Below, piece by piece: positions 22,501 to 35,102 of a DNA stretch of 64,000 nt. The position numbers were made by a program, and so were the translations under genes. Source of the stretch: Octopus sinensis (lineage: Eukaryota). The stretch covers positions 45,322,001 to 45,386,000 of the forward strand of contig NC_043001.1 of the NCBI RefSeq assembly GCF_006345805.1. The letters run 5' to 3'. The notes beneath the pieces were generated by a model. That model did not search any database and was not told the DNA's origin. It saw only the letters and a list, made by a program, of their open reading frames with translations. Positions within the stretch are counted from its first letter, which is position 1. Every line of letters starts with the position of its first letter.

Positions 22501-25500
22501 ACAGTCAGTTGGTTGGAGAAATAGAACCTGATCCTGGAACAGTCCACTTATATTAAAGGATATTAATATATATTATTCCTAGTAACCAACTGATAAATAC
22601 AGTCAGCAAATAAGGTTGGCTATAAAAAATCTACAGGTAAGGATTTTAATCCTGGTTGCTATATAAACATACATAAGCATATATGTACACATGCACTCAC
22701 ACACAAGGTGTGTATATGCATGTGTATGTGTAATTTTTGTAATTGCCAGCCTGGAGATGAAATGAATGAGGAAATAGTGAAGCTAAGGTCTTTTTTTTCT
22801 AGCTATTTATCTATCTATTTATCAACAAATTATTATTTACAGTCCAATGAATACAAATTCCCCAAGATTACTAACTGGGACGTAAACAAATTTAAGCAAA
22901 AATGTTTATGGTATACTCAAAAAAACCTATTTCTTCCCTGGATATCCTCACCCACCTAACTACTGTCAAACCCAAACTGAATAATTTAGTTATGCCTCCT
23001 TCACTTAAATGCTTGTTCTCTCTCATCATTTCCATGAAGCACCATGGGGACATCATCACTCCCAGGCTGCCTCTATAAAACTCCCTACCATACCAAATAG
23101 TACTATGGAGACATTGCTACTCTAAGGCTGGCTAGCTTTAGAAAACTAAAATAGTCATTATGAACTTCTTGGTGGTCAAAACCTTCTTGAAGCCATAAAA
23201 ATCATAGAAATATATGAGCCCTCAGCCATAGTAATGGCAACGAGACTAACACTGAGTACCCTAAACTAAATTACGTGCAATAAAAATAATGATTGATATT
23301 AAGTAGATGGAAATCTTTAGTCCATTCACAGAAAGCCTCTCTAGCATCTGTAGTATGACAAAATACTACCAATTCAAGCTATCAAAAAACTGTGATAGGA
23401 AGAGTAACTCTGTGTGTAACCCACCAACAACAAAAAAAAAAGAGAAATGGAAGGAGACAATTTATGATCAAGGGACTCTAGTTTTAGGGAGACAACTTAC
23501 TCTAATGCATCCAGTCCACATCATAAAATGATTTGTAAAATTCTCAACAAAAATAATGACATATAGTGCCAGATATCAAGGTTCTGCAATGAGTGGAAAG
23601 ATGAATGACTAGGTCGTAACGCTGAGTAAGAACAAATGCAGATTGTGACAACACATCCAATCCATGTCAGCATGGAAAAACGTGTGTAAAAGTAATGAAG
23701 ATAATGATTTTATGAAACAAACTTTAATCCAGAAGACAGATGTCCAGTGAATAAAAGGTTAAGCTTGTAACTGATAGATCAAACCCCTTACAAAGACATA
23801 TTCTGTCTTTATTTATTCTTTTATTTGTTTAAGTCATTGGACTGTGACCATGCTAGGGGACCACATTGAAAAATTTAGTTGATCAAATTGACCCCATTGT
23901 TTATATTGATACTTATTGTCAGTCTCTTTTTGTCAAAGTGCTAAGTTAAAGAGGAAATAAACAAACCAACACTAATTATCAAGCAGTAAGAGACAAACAC
24001 AAAAGCACAAACGCACACAAATATATGATGTACTTCAAAACAATTTCTGTCGATAAAATTCACTCACAAAAAATTAGTTAGCTTGGCTCAACAGCAGAAG
24101 ACACACGCCCAAAGAGCTGAACACAAAGCTACATAGTTGGAAAGTGAGCTGAAGAGTGTTGATTTGAAGAATGTGAGTTTGTGCCAATTCATTGACTCTG
24201 TAATCTGTTATGTACAAGGCAACAAGACACTTCAATACTCATTGGCTCAGTTCATCAAGCTGTATATGTGTTGTTGTTTAACAACAGTTCATGCCTATCA
24301 TGGAAAGCATTTTGGACATGACAATACCACTTTTTTTCTACTTCAGGGAACTACATTGTTCAATGTGTCCTTTTTAAAGATAGTATGGCAAGGTTTGAGG
24401 AAGATTTGACTGCTGCTTCTAGCAAATTAAGTGACTGCATAGAGGTTTCCTCACTGACTCATAAATGTCACAATCTACTGTAGGCAGAGTGAGATGGGGT
24501 AGGACTGCTTATTTCATGAATGTTTTGTTAAGTAAGCTGAGTTACATTGCATTAGTGTTTCCCTGAGGCTTGGCCTCTGGATCTGTGAGTTTTACAAATG
24601 CTGCTGCAAACTCACTGTGGACTCTTTTGACCTCCACCCATTGTCATACCATTATAGAGCTGGCTGCCTTCCATGCCACATGGCTCTCAATGAGATAATA
24701 AAGCATGGCTTAGACACCATAGGCTTTCCTTTCCAGCTTCAGCAAGGGTTGAATAGAAGGGGTAGTAAAAAGCTAAACAGCATAACAATTTTCCTGTTTT
24801 GCAGTGAGAGACCCCCACATCTTGAATGACACATGCTGTGATACCTTCTCCAGTAGCAGCCTGGTTCCAAAAGGACAAAAGGCAAAGTCAACCTTGGTGG
24901 TATTTGAACTCAGAACACGCTCGTTCTTTTATTCTTAACACATTTTTACATATACAGCAACAATGAGGTTATAAGCACTGAACTACTGACATTAAAACCA
25001 TGCACACCTTGCCACTATGTTTAAGTGATATGCAAAGTAGTATTATTTAACTTGTCCTTCACTTGCTTTGGAAGGAAATGTTTAAGTTGGCTACAGTATG
25101 TAAAGCATTCAGCTGTGTAAACATTTGTTAAAATATTTCCCATGCTAGCTCCATAAAAATATATTATGCCAATAAGGGTGTGTCATCTGTTCAATGTAGC
25201 ATCTGGAGCTCTCTCTCTACAAATTCTCCTATTGTCTTTTGAAATAGAGGTCATATGTTTTAGATTCAAAATCTTAGATTGTGATAAAGCTATTAAACTA
25301 TGTTAATTAAACAATACTTTTTTTTATATGTTAAATAATGAAGAAAATAATAAACAAATGGATATTAAATTTTGAAGACTAATGGAAACTAGAATAAAGT
25401 TTAATTTATTGATTTTCAACTGAATTGAATGCTTATCACACTGTGCTAGAAACACAAAGCAAACGGGAATGATTTTTATTGGGAAAGTTTAGTAGTGTTT

Positions 25501-26117
25501 AAGTGGGAATGTTTAGTAATGTAAATTTGGGTGTTAAGTAATAGATAAGGAAAAAATCAGATAATATTGCTTTTGTAACACATAAATATGATGAAACCTA
25601 TTGAATTTTATTAAAACATTACATTTTAAAAAGTATCATGGTCTTAATCCTTTGCTTTAGTAAAATTCAGCCTTTATTTTATCTGCTCAAATAACATAAT
25701 TTACTAAATCTAGCTTTACATTACCATTTATAATACCAATGAAAAAAAATACAGAATTTAATCTATCTTTATAAATCAAAGTCTAGTTTGAATGAAATAT
25801 CATGGAAAACATCTAGAAAGTTCTAAATAACAGAACCATGCTAGAAAATAGAGGACAGGCAAGATGTCAGATTAGCTTTCCTTATAACAGTTGTTCAGAA
25901 AAAATGATGTAATAAAATACATAAATTCAGCCCATATGAAGCATGCATTTAAGAAATAAGGAAACCTCTGGAAAAAATACATTTAAAAAATTTCTTTAAA
26001 TTTATTTTTTTTTTAGTTTAATGGGGGAAATATCTTTTTTTAGTGGTGGGGTTAAAGTGGTGATTGAAATTATTTTCATGAACAACATGAAGGAACATAT
26101 ATGTGTATGTGCATTAC

Positions 26118-26409
26118 CTCTTCGTTTCTGTAAAAGAATAATATCAGGACTCTGTGTTGGAGGGAGCTTGTGAAGTTTTTCTTCAGATTTGTTAATAATC
26201 ATTGTTTTGAGACCTGCAGGGGGAGGAGAATAGAGATCTTTAGGAGTTGTAGATGAGAAATCAGTAGAAGCAGGTACGTTGGCAGCAAATGTAACATCGC
26301 TTTCAGCAGTCGAAAGTGGTTTATAAGTAAAGGCACTTGTAGGAATTGTTTCTTTAGGAACTGGTTTTTCTTCAGGTTTCCATGCAAAAGTGTCTGATGG
26401 GCTCAATGT
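26118..26409 (-). CDS. SORBS: SORBS/CAP-like exon, 292 nt, phase 0-1: TLSPSDTFAWKPEEKPVPKETIPTSAFTYKP...PPTQSPDIILLQKRR
   Basis: Acceptor ttttatttaattttag|ACA, donor AGAG|gtaatg; ORF 26002..26406; its phase 0 entry matches the phase 0 exit of exon 27868. Confidence 0.9.
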
Positions 26410-26926
26410 CTAAAATTAAATAAAATATAAGATCAATATTCTGCATTTTTTCCATGTAACAACTGTTATTTTACTGTAGTACTTTGTCTAATAAATAAAA
26501 CCTACTAAACTTTATTTCTGATAGCTTTTCTATAAACAGTTGGGTGAGACTGACCCAGATCAAATACAAACTTAACATAATTTAAACTAAGTTATGTTAT
26601 GATGAAAGAAACTATCTTTCAATCACCCACCCCACCCAAAATCTTATTTCTACTTTTCAAGAAAATATACCAAAACCTTTAAGCAGACGTTAATTCTAAT
26701 TCATTGTGATAGATTTGATTAAATTAATATTTCAAATATCAACTTAAAAGTAAATATTGATAATTGTTTTGAAAATACAAATATATTACAATTAACTAAG
26801 GTCAAAGGTTGGTATTATTATGTGCTATATCAGACATAAACATATTCAAGATCTTAAGAGGATAATTTTTTAGACTATTAACTTCTTTCAATTTCCTCTT
26901 TGTCATCATCTTATGTACCAGCTTAC

Positions 26927-27000
26927 CTGCATCCAAAACTGCTGTCATCAAATGTCTTATATACAGGCTGGTGGGTGTGTGTATAAGCAAAGTCACTCAT
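26927..27000 (-). other. Candidate alternative first exon ending ATG CAG (MQ), phase 0
   Basis: Strong donor CAG|gtaagc at 26926; in-frame TGA TGA upstream of the ATG at 26932; phase 0 fits exon 26409. 5' boundary arbitrary. Confidence 0.35.
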
Positions 27001-27867
27001 TCATTCAGACATATATACACCTGTACTAGTTAATTTATTGTATTGTCTATTTAGATGAGAAAAATTGGGCATCAGAGCAATCAATTGTCGAGTATAAAAG
27101 ACTGTACTGGTACAAAAATACGATGCATATGAAGAGTAACAGTTGAGTAAAGGAGTATCAAGCAAACCAAATAGAAGGAACTTGTGAAAGAGAAAACCTT
27201 TACCCTTTTAACACTTATCAATCTGATTTGGTCTCATCAGCAAAACTCCTCCAGTACAATAAGGTTTTGTGTAGTTTATTTTTTGTGATTCAAAAGAGTG
27301 ATTAATTGTATATTTGGTTTATTCAAAGCTTTGCTATCTGCAAAGAGACTTTGAACTTTTCTAATAATCAGTTCATTATCTATTTTTCATAGAAAAATAA
27401 CTCCAGGTGCAAATTGGACTTTATGGTCATAATAAAAAAAAATTATAACAAGTGATGAATCAGACTCATCTAACCCATATCAACAAGACAGGCCAATCTT
27501 TTAAACATCAATGATAAAATAAATGAGAAATAACTAAATCTGCTGGTTTCCTTCAATGCAAAGCAGGATATATTTCTACAATCTAATCCATGAAAACGAG
27601 CAGTATACACAGCCTTGCTGAAAAGGCTATGGTATAATAAGAGATGGGTAAGATTACTGCAGCTGATGCTGAGTATGAACTCTTGAAATCCCATGTTGAA
27701 AGAAAAAGTTTCAAGTGGAGAGTGAGCATTTCAGATGACATACCTTTAGTGAGAAACAATTGGATAAAAATATGAAGATCTTGAGAGTTCTAAGTTCAAA
27801 ATTAGTAGGGATGAAAAATTACAATAAAAACTATGGTTTATCTGTAACATTATCAAACCTCACTTAC

Positions 27868-28061
27868 CTGGACATTAGTGGCTGCTTTAGGGACAGGATC
27901 AAATTTGGGTTTGATTGATCTGAACTCTTTTTTAACTGTGTTACTAGCCACTGCTTGAGGTTTCCACACAGGAGCTACATCTTTGAATAATGGTTCATCC
28001 TTCGTTTCTTCTAACTTCAAAGAAGTCTGAGACTGGAACTGCATTCCAGGTTTCCAAACAC
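27868..28061 (-). CDS. SORBS: SORBS/CAP-like exon, 194 nt, phase 1-0: (G)VWKPGMQFQSQTSLKLEETKDEPLFKDVAPVWKPQAVASNTVKKEFRSIKPKFDPVPKAATNVQ
   Basis: Acceptor ttcttgtgcttttgag|GT, donor CAG|gtaagt; ORF 27853..28044. Confidence 0.9.
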
Positions 28062-28666
28062 CTCAAAAGCACAAGAAAAAGATCAGGGTCAAAATAATAA
28101 AACAAATATGTTTTTAACATATCTATAGCAGAAGTGATTTATACTGTCATTATGTGTGAGATGTTTTCATTGTGAGTCATTCAGGCTTAAATACCAGGAT
28201 ATCAGCTCCACAGGCCTTTTCATTCCAGTAGTTCACATGACCTTGTAATTAGCCAAACTTGTTATTCATATTGATAAATTTTCAGCTGTCCAATTGTGTT
28301 GGTGCAACAGTTCAATTTTCCTCACGCGGGAAATTAATCACCAGCTCTGGGAACTTACTGATCTCTATAAGACCGACGGCTGCCTCTACACACTACCAAA
28401 CAGTACATCAATTTTTCTACAAGATCAACAGTCTAGCCTAATCACGAAGTCTCTCGCACATCTGTATTGTAACCTGTATTATTAATTTATTTCATGTGTG
28501 GCAATCATTGTAAATTATAACAAAGATGGGTAATAAGGAATTGAAAAAATGATATACAACGTAAGATGTAAATGAACTAGTAAGTGATGATTTATTCTGT
28601 TATAAAATACAATGACTGCCATACATGACATAAATTAATATCACAGGTGAGAGAGAGAGAACTTAC

Positions 28667-28741
28667 CTGGAATTGAAATATTTGCTTTCGCTGATGTTGA
28701 ACCCACTATATTGTCCTGATAACTGTTGTCTGGAGGTTTGT
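28667..28741 (-). CDS. SORBS: SORBS/CAP-like exon, 75 nt, phase 1-1: (D)KPPDNSYQDNIVGSTSAKANISIP
   Basis: Acceptor tttctttactcttag|AC, donor CCAG|gtaagt; tail of ORF 28641..28943. Confidence 0.88.
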
Positions 28742-28949
28742 CTAAGAGTAAAGAAAAATAAGCATCATATGTAAGTATATGTGTACTGTAACTGTGTTGT
28801 GGTTCATGTGGAAAAAAAAAGCAATATAGCAATATACCAGTAGTATATTTAATGTCTGTTAACACTATTGTCTTACATCCATTTTTCCATGCTTGTATTG
28901 GTTGGGTAGGTCTCTCTTTCAGTGGTGTTTCACCACTTGTCACAGGTCT

Positions 28950-29320
28950 TTGTCATCTCTTTTATCAAGTTCAGCCTGACATCAAAATTTCCCTACTTCT
29001 TTGGTTTTCCTCTAATGCAGGTTCCATCCATTTGTATTATTTAGCACTTTTTACCCAACTGTCATCCTCCATATCTATTAAATGTTCATACCAACTCAGT
29101 TTTCTCTCTTGCACTACATCTGATGATTACACTTACACAGTTTTTCTCTCACTCAGTTTTGCTTATCAATTACTTTATTCATTTTTCTGCCAATAATATA
29201 CCCATTTCACCAACTTCAGTGCTGTTACTAACCCAGGAGAATTTACATTTGTCATCTTACACACAACTACTCATGTTCTGGTATCTCTATGATCTTTTTA
29301 GATCTCGCATCCCTCTTGCT
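28950..29320 (-). mobile_element. Highly degenerate RTE fragment
   Basis: The rc contains remnants of both GILLAEK (APE) and VQERKLSWY (C-terminus). Confidence 0.5.
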
Positions 29321-29894
29321 TGTTAATAGGATCTGCCCTGAAGTTTTACACCTGAAAGAGAGAAAAGTTTCTAATTGTGTTTAGGTTATTTCATGTCTGT
29401 TTCCCACATTTAAAAGGAAAACTATTGGTGCAGTCATTTGATGAAGATTGAGGGGTTTTCACACAAAACCAAATGCTCCTACTTAACCACCCCAACACAA
29501 TGCATGGCACTAACATGCTGTTAGCCCTATACACATCATTAAGGGTTTTCACTGATTTGATCTGTACTTTTGATATATTTTACAGTCAGGTGCCCTTCCT
29601 AAGCATATTACTACATGAACTGAGAACATTTTATCATATCACCTACACTTCAATAAAATATATGAGAGATTACATAAACACTTGTACACACATGACCTAT
29701 AAAGAGTTAGAAGTGATTGTAATACAGAATGTAAAAAGTTTAAAGACTCTTATTTTGAAACTGGTAAGATATATGTTGGTTATAATCTCTTTTATATGTA
29801 ACATTAATTTGTGTGTAGAGGAAACCACAAGTGAGTTGTGAGAGTGGCTGCACATCAAAAGTAATAGTCCATGTATGCAACAGAGTTCACTACA

Positions 29895-30085
29895 CTCAGA
29901 CCTGATCAAGCAGGCATATGATCAAAAATATTTCAACCATAACTATCTAATCTTTCTTTGGATATTCAGGACTACATTACCCAATGTTTCTTTCTTTATG
30001 AAGCTAGTTGGGTGTGGTTTGAGGAAGAAATGGCTGCTATTTCTATCAGGTTGAATGACTATGTAAAGGCATCCTTAGTTCATTA
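29895..30085 (+). repeat. Interspersed repeat family C (atgatcaaa...gatttggctgctatttctagcagg core)
   Basis: Recurs at about 10880, 12590, 20630 and 31395 (+) and 6600, 19745 and 62265 (-); class not assigned. Confidence 0.7.
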
Positions 30086-30393
30086 CCATTCTAGTCATAA
30101 CTGGATGGCTTAATTTGATCCTGAATATGTTGGGGATAATGACGATTATGTATTCTTACTAATATAAATAAATACTAAAAAAGACTGACAGTGTATATGT
30201 GTGTGAGTATCATAATATGAAAAATAAGGGAAAAAGATATTCAAGTTATGCACAAGAGAGATTGGCATTTTCTCTTTGTGTGCATTAGATGTCAAAAGAT
30301 TGAGATACATATGTCCAACCTAAGTCAGCATGGAAGTAAATACTGCTAATGACAATGATGATAACAATGATGTTATCTCTTTATGTTGTATCT

Positions 30394-30545
30394 TTAACCC
30401 TTTTGTTACCATATTTCTGTTGAAATACATTGCCTTCATTTCAAATCAATTTGGAAATAATAAAGAATTTAGTAAAGTAACTTTGTCATTAAGCTGGTGT
30501 TTAAAACACAATTAACATGAAATTTTGATAGATGGTTTTCCTTTA
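30394..30545. mobile_element. TTAA MITE family 2, partial, opposite orientation
   Basis: ttaacccttttgttaccatatttctg...gaatttagtaaagtaact matches the rc of the right part of 42567-42797 and 8592-8819. Confidence 0.65.
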
Positions 30546-32039
30546 ACTCCCCCAAAAACAAAAAAAAATCTTTAAGATAGAACAAGGGTGATTTCAAGCA
30601 GGGTGGTATCAAAAGGGTTGAGCAGAGATTTTATATTCTTTTGTAGTGGTAGCAAGAAAACTAGTGCCCATATGATTTCATGGTTTGTTGGTTCACACAC
30701 TGCTCTTGGAATGATATTTAACAGTAAAAGCAAAATGGGAAAAAGAGAGAGGAAAGGTGGGTACTATGGTAGTCATAAAATCTGTTAATGTAGTAACCAA
30801 ATCTCCCTTGAAATAAATATACAAATAAAATACATTAAAATCCTCTTTAGTTGTGGGCGTTGAAACAATATAGCTTGAAAACTAATTTCTATGACAACAA
30901 GCACAGCAGAAAGATAAAGACTGACTGTCAGAAATTTGTTTAGAGGCTGGTTTGTCCTGATGAAAAACTCTCAGCAGGACCAACAAACATTACTACAAGA
31001 TTGGTGTTGGTTCAAAGTTAAAGTGACTGTTTAATTCTTCATGACTAATATTTGAATATTTCAAGGATCCATATCAGTTTTCATCTTGTAATTGATAGCT
31101 GAAAAATGCCAGATGTTGACTGATGTAAGAAGTCAAAATTATGCTAAATATTCTGTCCATTCAAGTGATTTACTAGCAATTTGGTTTCAATAGTTTCGAT
31201 CCCAAAGATTGGAAAACTTCAATAAGTAGCAACAGCATTGTAAAATGACAAATGATTTATTAGCTTCCAGTTCTGTGTTTAAATCTGTCTTGAAGAGAGA
31301 TGGATTCTACCAAGCTTAATTGCCCCAAATATATGTTATATATTTTAATAGGTTTCAAAGGAAGTGTTATACCAAATCAACTCTGATCCACTACACCTTT
31401 GACCAAAGGTATTCCAGTCATGACCATCTCGTCTTTCTAATATACAGCGTATCTTGAAATATATTAGCCAATGTGCACTTCTTTTTCAAGAGAGTAGGGT
31501 ATGATTCTGAAGGTGATTTGGCTAATATTTCCAATAGGTTAATCAACCACACAGATGCTTGCTTGTTGGCTTGATAGAATCTCTCTCACTTTAAGACTGA
31601 GACATACCAAATACACCAAAAGGTGACAGGAGATATTGAGGCTATAATGAATATGATTAAATTGCATTACAATATTCATTTCATCCCCTCAAAATACTTA
31701 GTAGCGTTTCATTTGTTTGTACTTTCTGAGTTCAAATTCTGCAGAGGTTGACTCTGCCTTTCATCCTTTTGGGGTTGAAAAAAATAAATACCAGTTGAAC
31801 ACAGGTCTTGTGCCAAAATTTGAAACCAATCTTTAGTTTCAAAAATAATTTTAAAATAATTCTTTCCTGTTTGTACTGTTCTCTAAGATAATTCTTTCTT
31901 CTTCATACTGTTCACTAAAATAATTCTCTCTTCTTCATGGTTGTACTTTCATAAACTTTAAACATTTCTATTAATTCATCAAATAACTTCCAAATTGTAA
32001 TCTCTTCCTCTAAAATAATCCTTTCCGTGTTTCTTGGCT

Positions 32040-32098
<59 letters not shown>

Positions 32099-32109
32099 CA
32101 TATGATGAT

Positions 32110-32580
32110 GATGTAGAGATGCTTGAATGGAGGCATATTGATATATGCTGCATATAAGTGGTAAGGTGGAGAGGAGCTTCAGCCAGGGTCCCCACAGGCA
32201 AAGTACATAGGTATAAACTCTTCTGGGAAGGTAACAGTGACAGGGTAGAGGGTGTGGGCATACTTCTCGCAGAGAAATGGGTAGATAAGGTCATAGAGGT
32301 AGTCGGTGTGTGATAGAGTGCTTAAACTTAAGTTAGTCCTGCAGAATAGTATAGCTACAATTATCTCTGCCTATACCCCACAAAAGGGCCTACAAAATGA
32401 ACAGAAGGATCACTTTTATGATATTCTTCTGCAGGCTACCTCAAAGATGAGTTACAATGATCTTATCTTTGTGGCTGGAGATTTTAATGGGCATATTGGA
32501 CAGCAACCTGGTATCTTCCATGGTGTACATGGAGGCCATGAAATTGGTTCCTGAAACAAAGAGGGAACTAGGCTCCTGGA
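32110..32580 (+). mobile_element. RTE LINE apurinic-endonuclease (APE) domain fragment
   Basis: YKLFWEGN..GVGILLAEKWVDKV, then ORF 32306..32554 ISAYTPQ...FVAGDFNGHIG...GVHGG; one frameshift and stops. Confidence 0.9.
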
Positions 32581-32815
32581 GGGTATATCAGCCAAAGCGT
32601 GTTAACAACAAACAAGATGAGGACATATATCTGATGTAGGAAATGAATCTTTGCTGCTATGAAAAACATGTACATAAAATGTTATATTTCCATAATATTT
32701 CTAACATCTTTAAAATGTTTATGTATATAATTCTGCAATATCAAAATAGTAATAGTAAAGTAAAACAATTTTTGTTTAATATGTAAAGTAAAAACATGAT
32801 TAATATATAACTCAC

Positions 32816-32884
32816 CTTTTGTTACAAAATATGAAGATTGAACAGGAGTGGATTCTGAATCACTGTGTACAGCACGGTGATAAG
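32816..32884 (-). CDS. SORBS: SORBS/CAP-like exon, 69 nt, phase 1-1: (A)YHRAVHSDSESTPVQSSYFVTK
   Basis: Acceptor atttaaatag|CT, donor AAAG|gtgagt; in frame with both neighbours. Too short for ORF track. Confidence 0.8.
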
Positions 32885-34112
32885 CTATTTAAATATACAA
32901 TAATGAGTAATTTATATCAGTAAGATAATTTTTTTTTTCAGATTAAATTTACAATATAACAGAGCTGAAATGATAGGCAATTAAAATATTAAAATTATTA
33001 TCTACAAACTTTTTTGGAACGCCCAAGGAAATGTTAAAATCATTATATATACACACACACACATAAGTAACCAGGAACAATAAACACAAAGTAATGACTG
33101 ATTGAAGCTTGACCATTCAACAAAAATTTTGCTTTCTAACCACATATTTTTATTTGAATACCCATAATAAATGTTACAAGTTATAAATTTGGAAAAAAAT
33201 TTTTTATAAAAGAACCAACAGTAAGTTTAAGAATTACTGATTGTAACTGTCTGTAAGAATTGAAGGTGTGTGACAAAATTTTCTTCAAATCTTCTTTATT
33301 TAAAAGTCAATCTTATTTTAATTATGTATATTCAAATTTTAAGCACTGGATTATAAGAAGATTTTTGTTTTAATGTTTCCATTTTATATAAATAATTTTT
33401 TGTAGTTGAGTGAGTTTTTAAAAATCAAGATGATCTTGTTGATCAAATAGAAATTGTTAGTAAGTTTAAAAAAAAAAAAAAACGTTAATCAGATGAATTA
33501 AACTGCTGAGAGAGATAACTACATATACAGAGTGAAACTTGAGAACTTACTGCTGTTTAGCTTAGGTCAACTCACAAAAAAATGAATGAATATGAATAAA
33601 TGAATGAATGAATGAATAAATAAATGAATAGATTCAGATGCTTGAATATGAGGGGGAAGGGAAGGTCTTTTTATAGTAGCTCACCAACCACTTACTGATG
33701 TCTAATTGTGAACTGCTTATACTACCCAGTAGAGTTAGAAAGAAATACTAGTGATAGGGTTTTTAGCTTGGGACCTTTGGAAATATGAATATTGAAAACT
33801 GGTCATCTACAGAAATAAAAACATGCAAACAACATTTGTTTGTTTTCAAGTAATCATAATCGAGATGACAGTAATTTTGACATGCTTTTTTACAATGTTT
33901 ATACATATGGAGTAGTTTTCTTTTGTGCATATGCATAATTTACATGTTTGCATACATTGATACAATTATTTTATGCATACATTGGTACAATTATTTATGG
34001 ACATATGGATGGCTTGTCTACCATTAAGCATTCAAATGGGAGTTTTTCCCAATCAGGAACATTGAAACAGAGCACTTTTTACATGGAGATAGTAAAAAGA
34101 GATTCGAAGCAT

Positions 34113-34565
34113 TCAACTCTTTAGCATTCAGATTACTCTACCAAATGTAATGCTTATTCATTCACATTATTTTTAATAGGTGGCAAGCTGGCAGAAACGT
34201 TAGCATGCGGGGAGAAATGCATAGCCTTATTTCGTCTGCCGTTACGTTCTGAGTTCAAATTCCACCAAGGTCAACTTTGCCTTTCATCTTTTCGGGGTCA
34301 ATAAATTAAGTACCAGTTCACTGGGGTCGATGTAATCGACTTAATCTGTTTGTCTGTCTTTGTTTGTCCCCTCTGTGTTTAGACCCTTGTGGGTAGTAAA
34401 GAAATATATTTTTAATTAATCATGCATTATAACACAGCTTTGAGATTTCAATGATGTGATAGTTTAGTTTAGAATGACAGGAGTGAGAGGCCAGAACCAG
34501 TCAGCTTGAACAAACAGACAGAATATTTGGGCTGGATATGGCCAGTTTAAATGCTAAGGGGTTAA
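34113..34565. mobile_element. TTAA MITE family 1 interrupted by a SINE
   Basis: The left half (34113-34177) and right half (34407-34565, ending aatgctaaggggttaa) join to match the rc of 6713-6932. Confidence 0.75.
34178..34406 (+). mobile_element. SINE family A, best-preserved copy, with 10-bp target-site duplication
   Basis: ggtggcaagctggcagaaacgttagc...ttctgagttcaaattcc (B-box-like)...gcctttcatcttttcggggtcaataaattaagtaccagt core; TSD tatttttaat at 34168-34177 and 34407-34416. Confidence 0.9.
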
Positions 34566-34845
34566 TGATAACTTTTACCAATAGGTTTCATATAAATGGT
34601 CCTATCATAATCCATTGATCTTAGCAAAGAGAAAAGTCTTCAGTTTCTATATGAAGTTTGAAATAGTTAAAAATTTTCAGTATTTAGTCTGTCTTTATGT
34701 TCTGAGTTCAAATTCCGCCAAGGTCGACTTTGCCTTTCATCCTTTCGGGGTCGATAAAATAAGCACCAGTTGCATACTGGGATCAATATAATCAACTGGC
34801 CTACTCCTAGAAAATTTTGGGGCTTGTGCCTAGAGCAGAAAAAAA

Positions 34846-35052
34846 TATTCTTTTACTTGGCTGTGGCCATGTTGGAGCACTGCTTTGAAGGATTTTAGTT
34901 GAGCAAATCGATCCCAGGACTTTTTTTTAAAGCCTAGTACTTAATCTATCATTCTCTTTTGCCAAACTGCTAAGTTACAGGGACATAAACACACCAACAC
35001 TGGTTGCCAAGCAGTGATAGGGGGATAAACACAGAAACATACACATAGATAC

Positions 35053-35102
<50 letters not shown>

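Noticed and set aside
27744-27790. AAG|gtatgt donor-like site between exons 27868 and 26409
   Set aside because: The upstream sequence is T-rich and intron-like; only a weak acceptor gives a frame-preserving exon.
29320-29350. Acceptor ttttctctctttcag|GTG
   Set aside because: In-frame stop after 9 codons at the edge of an RTE relic; no donor.
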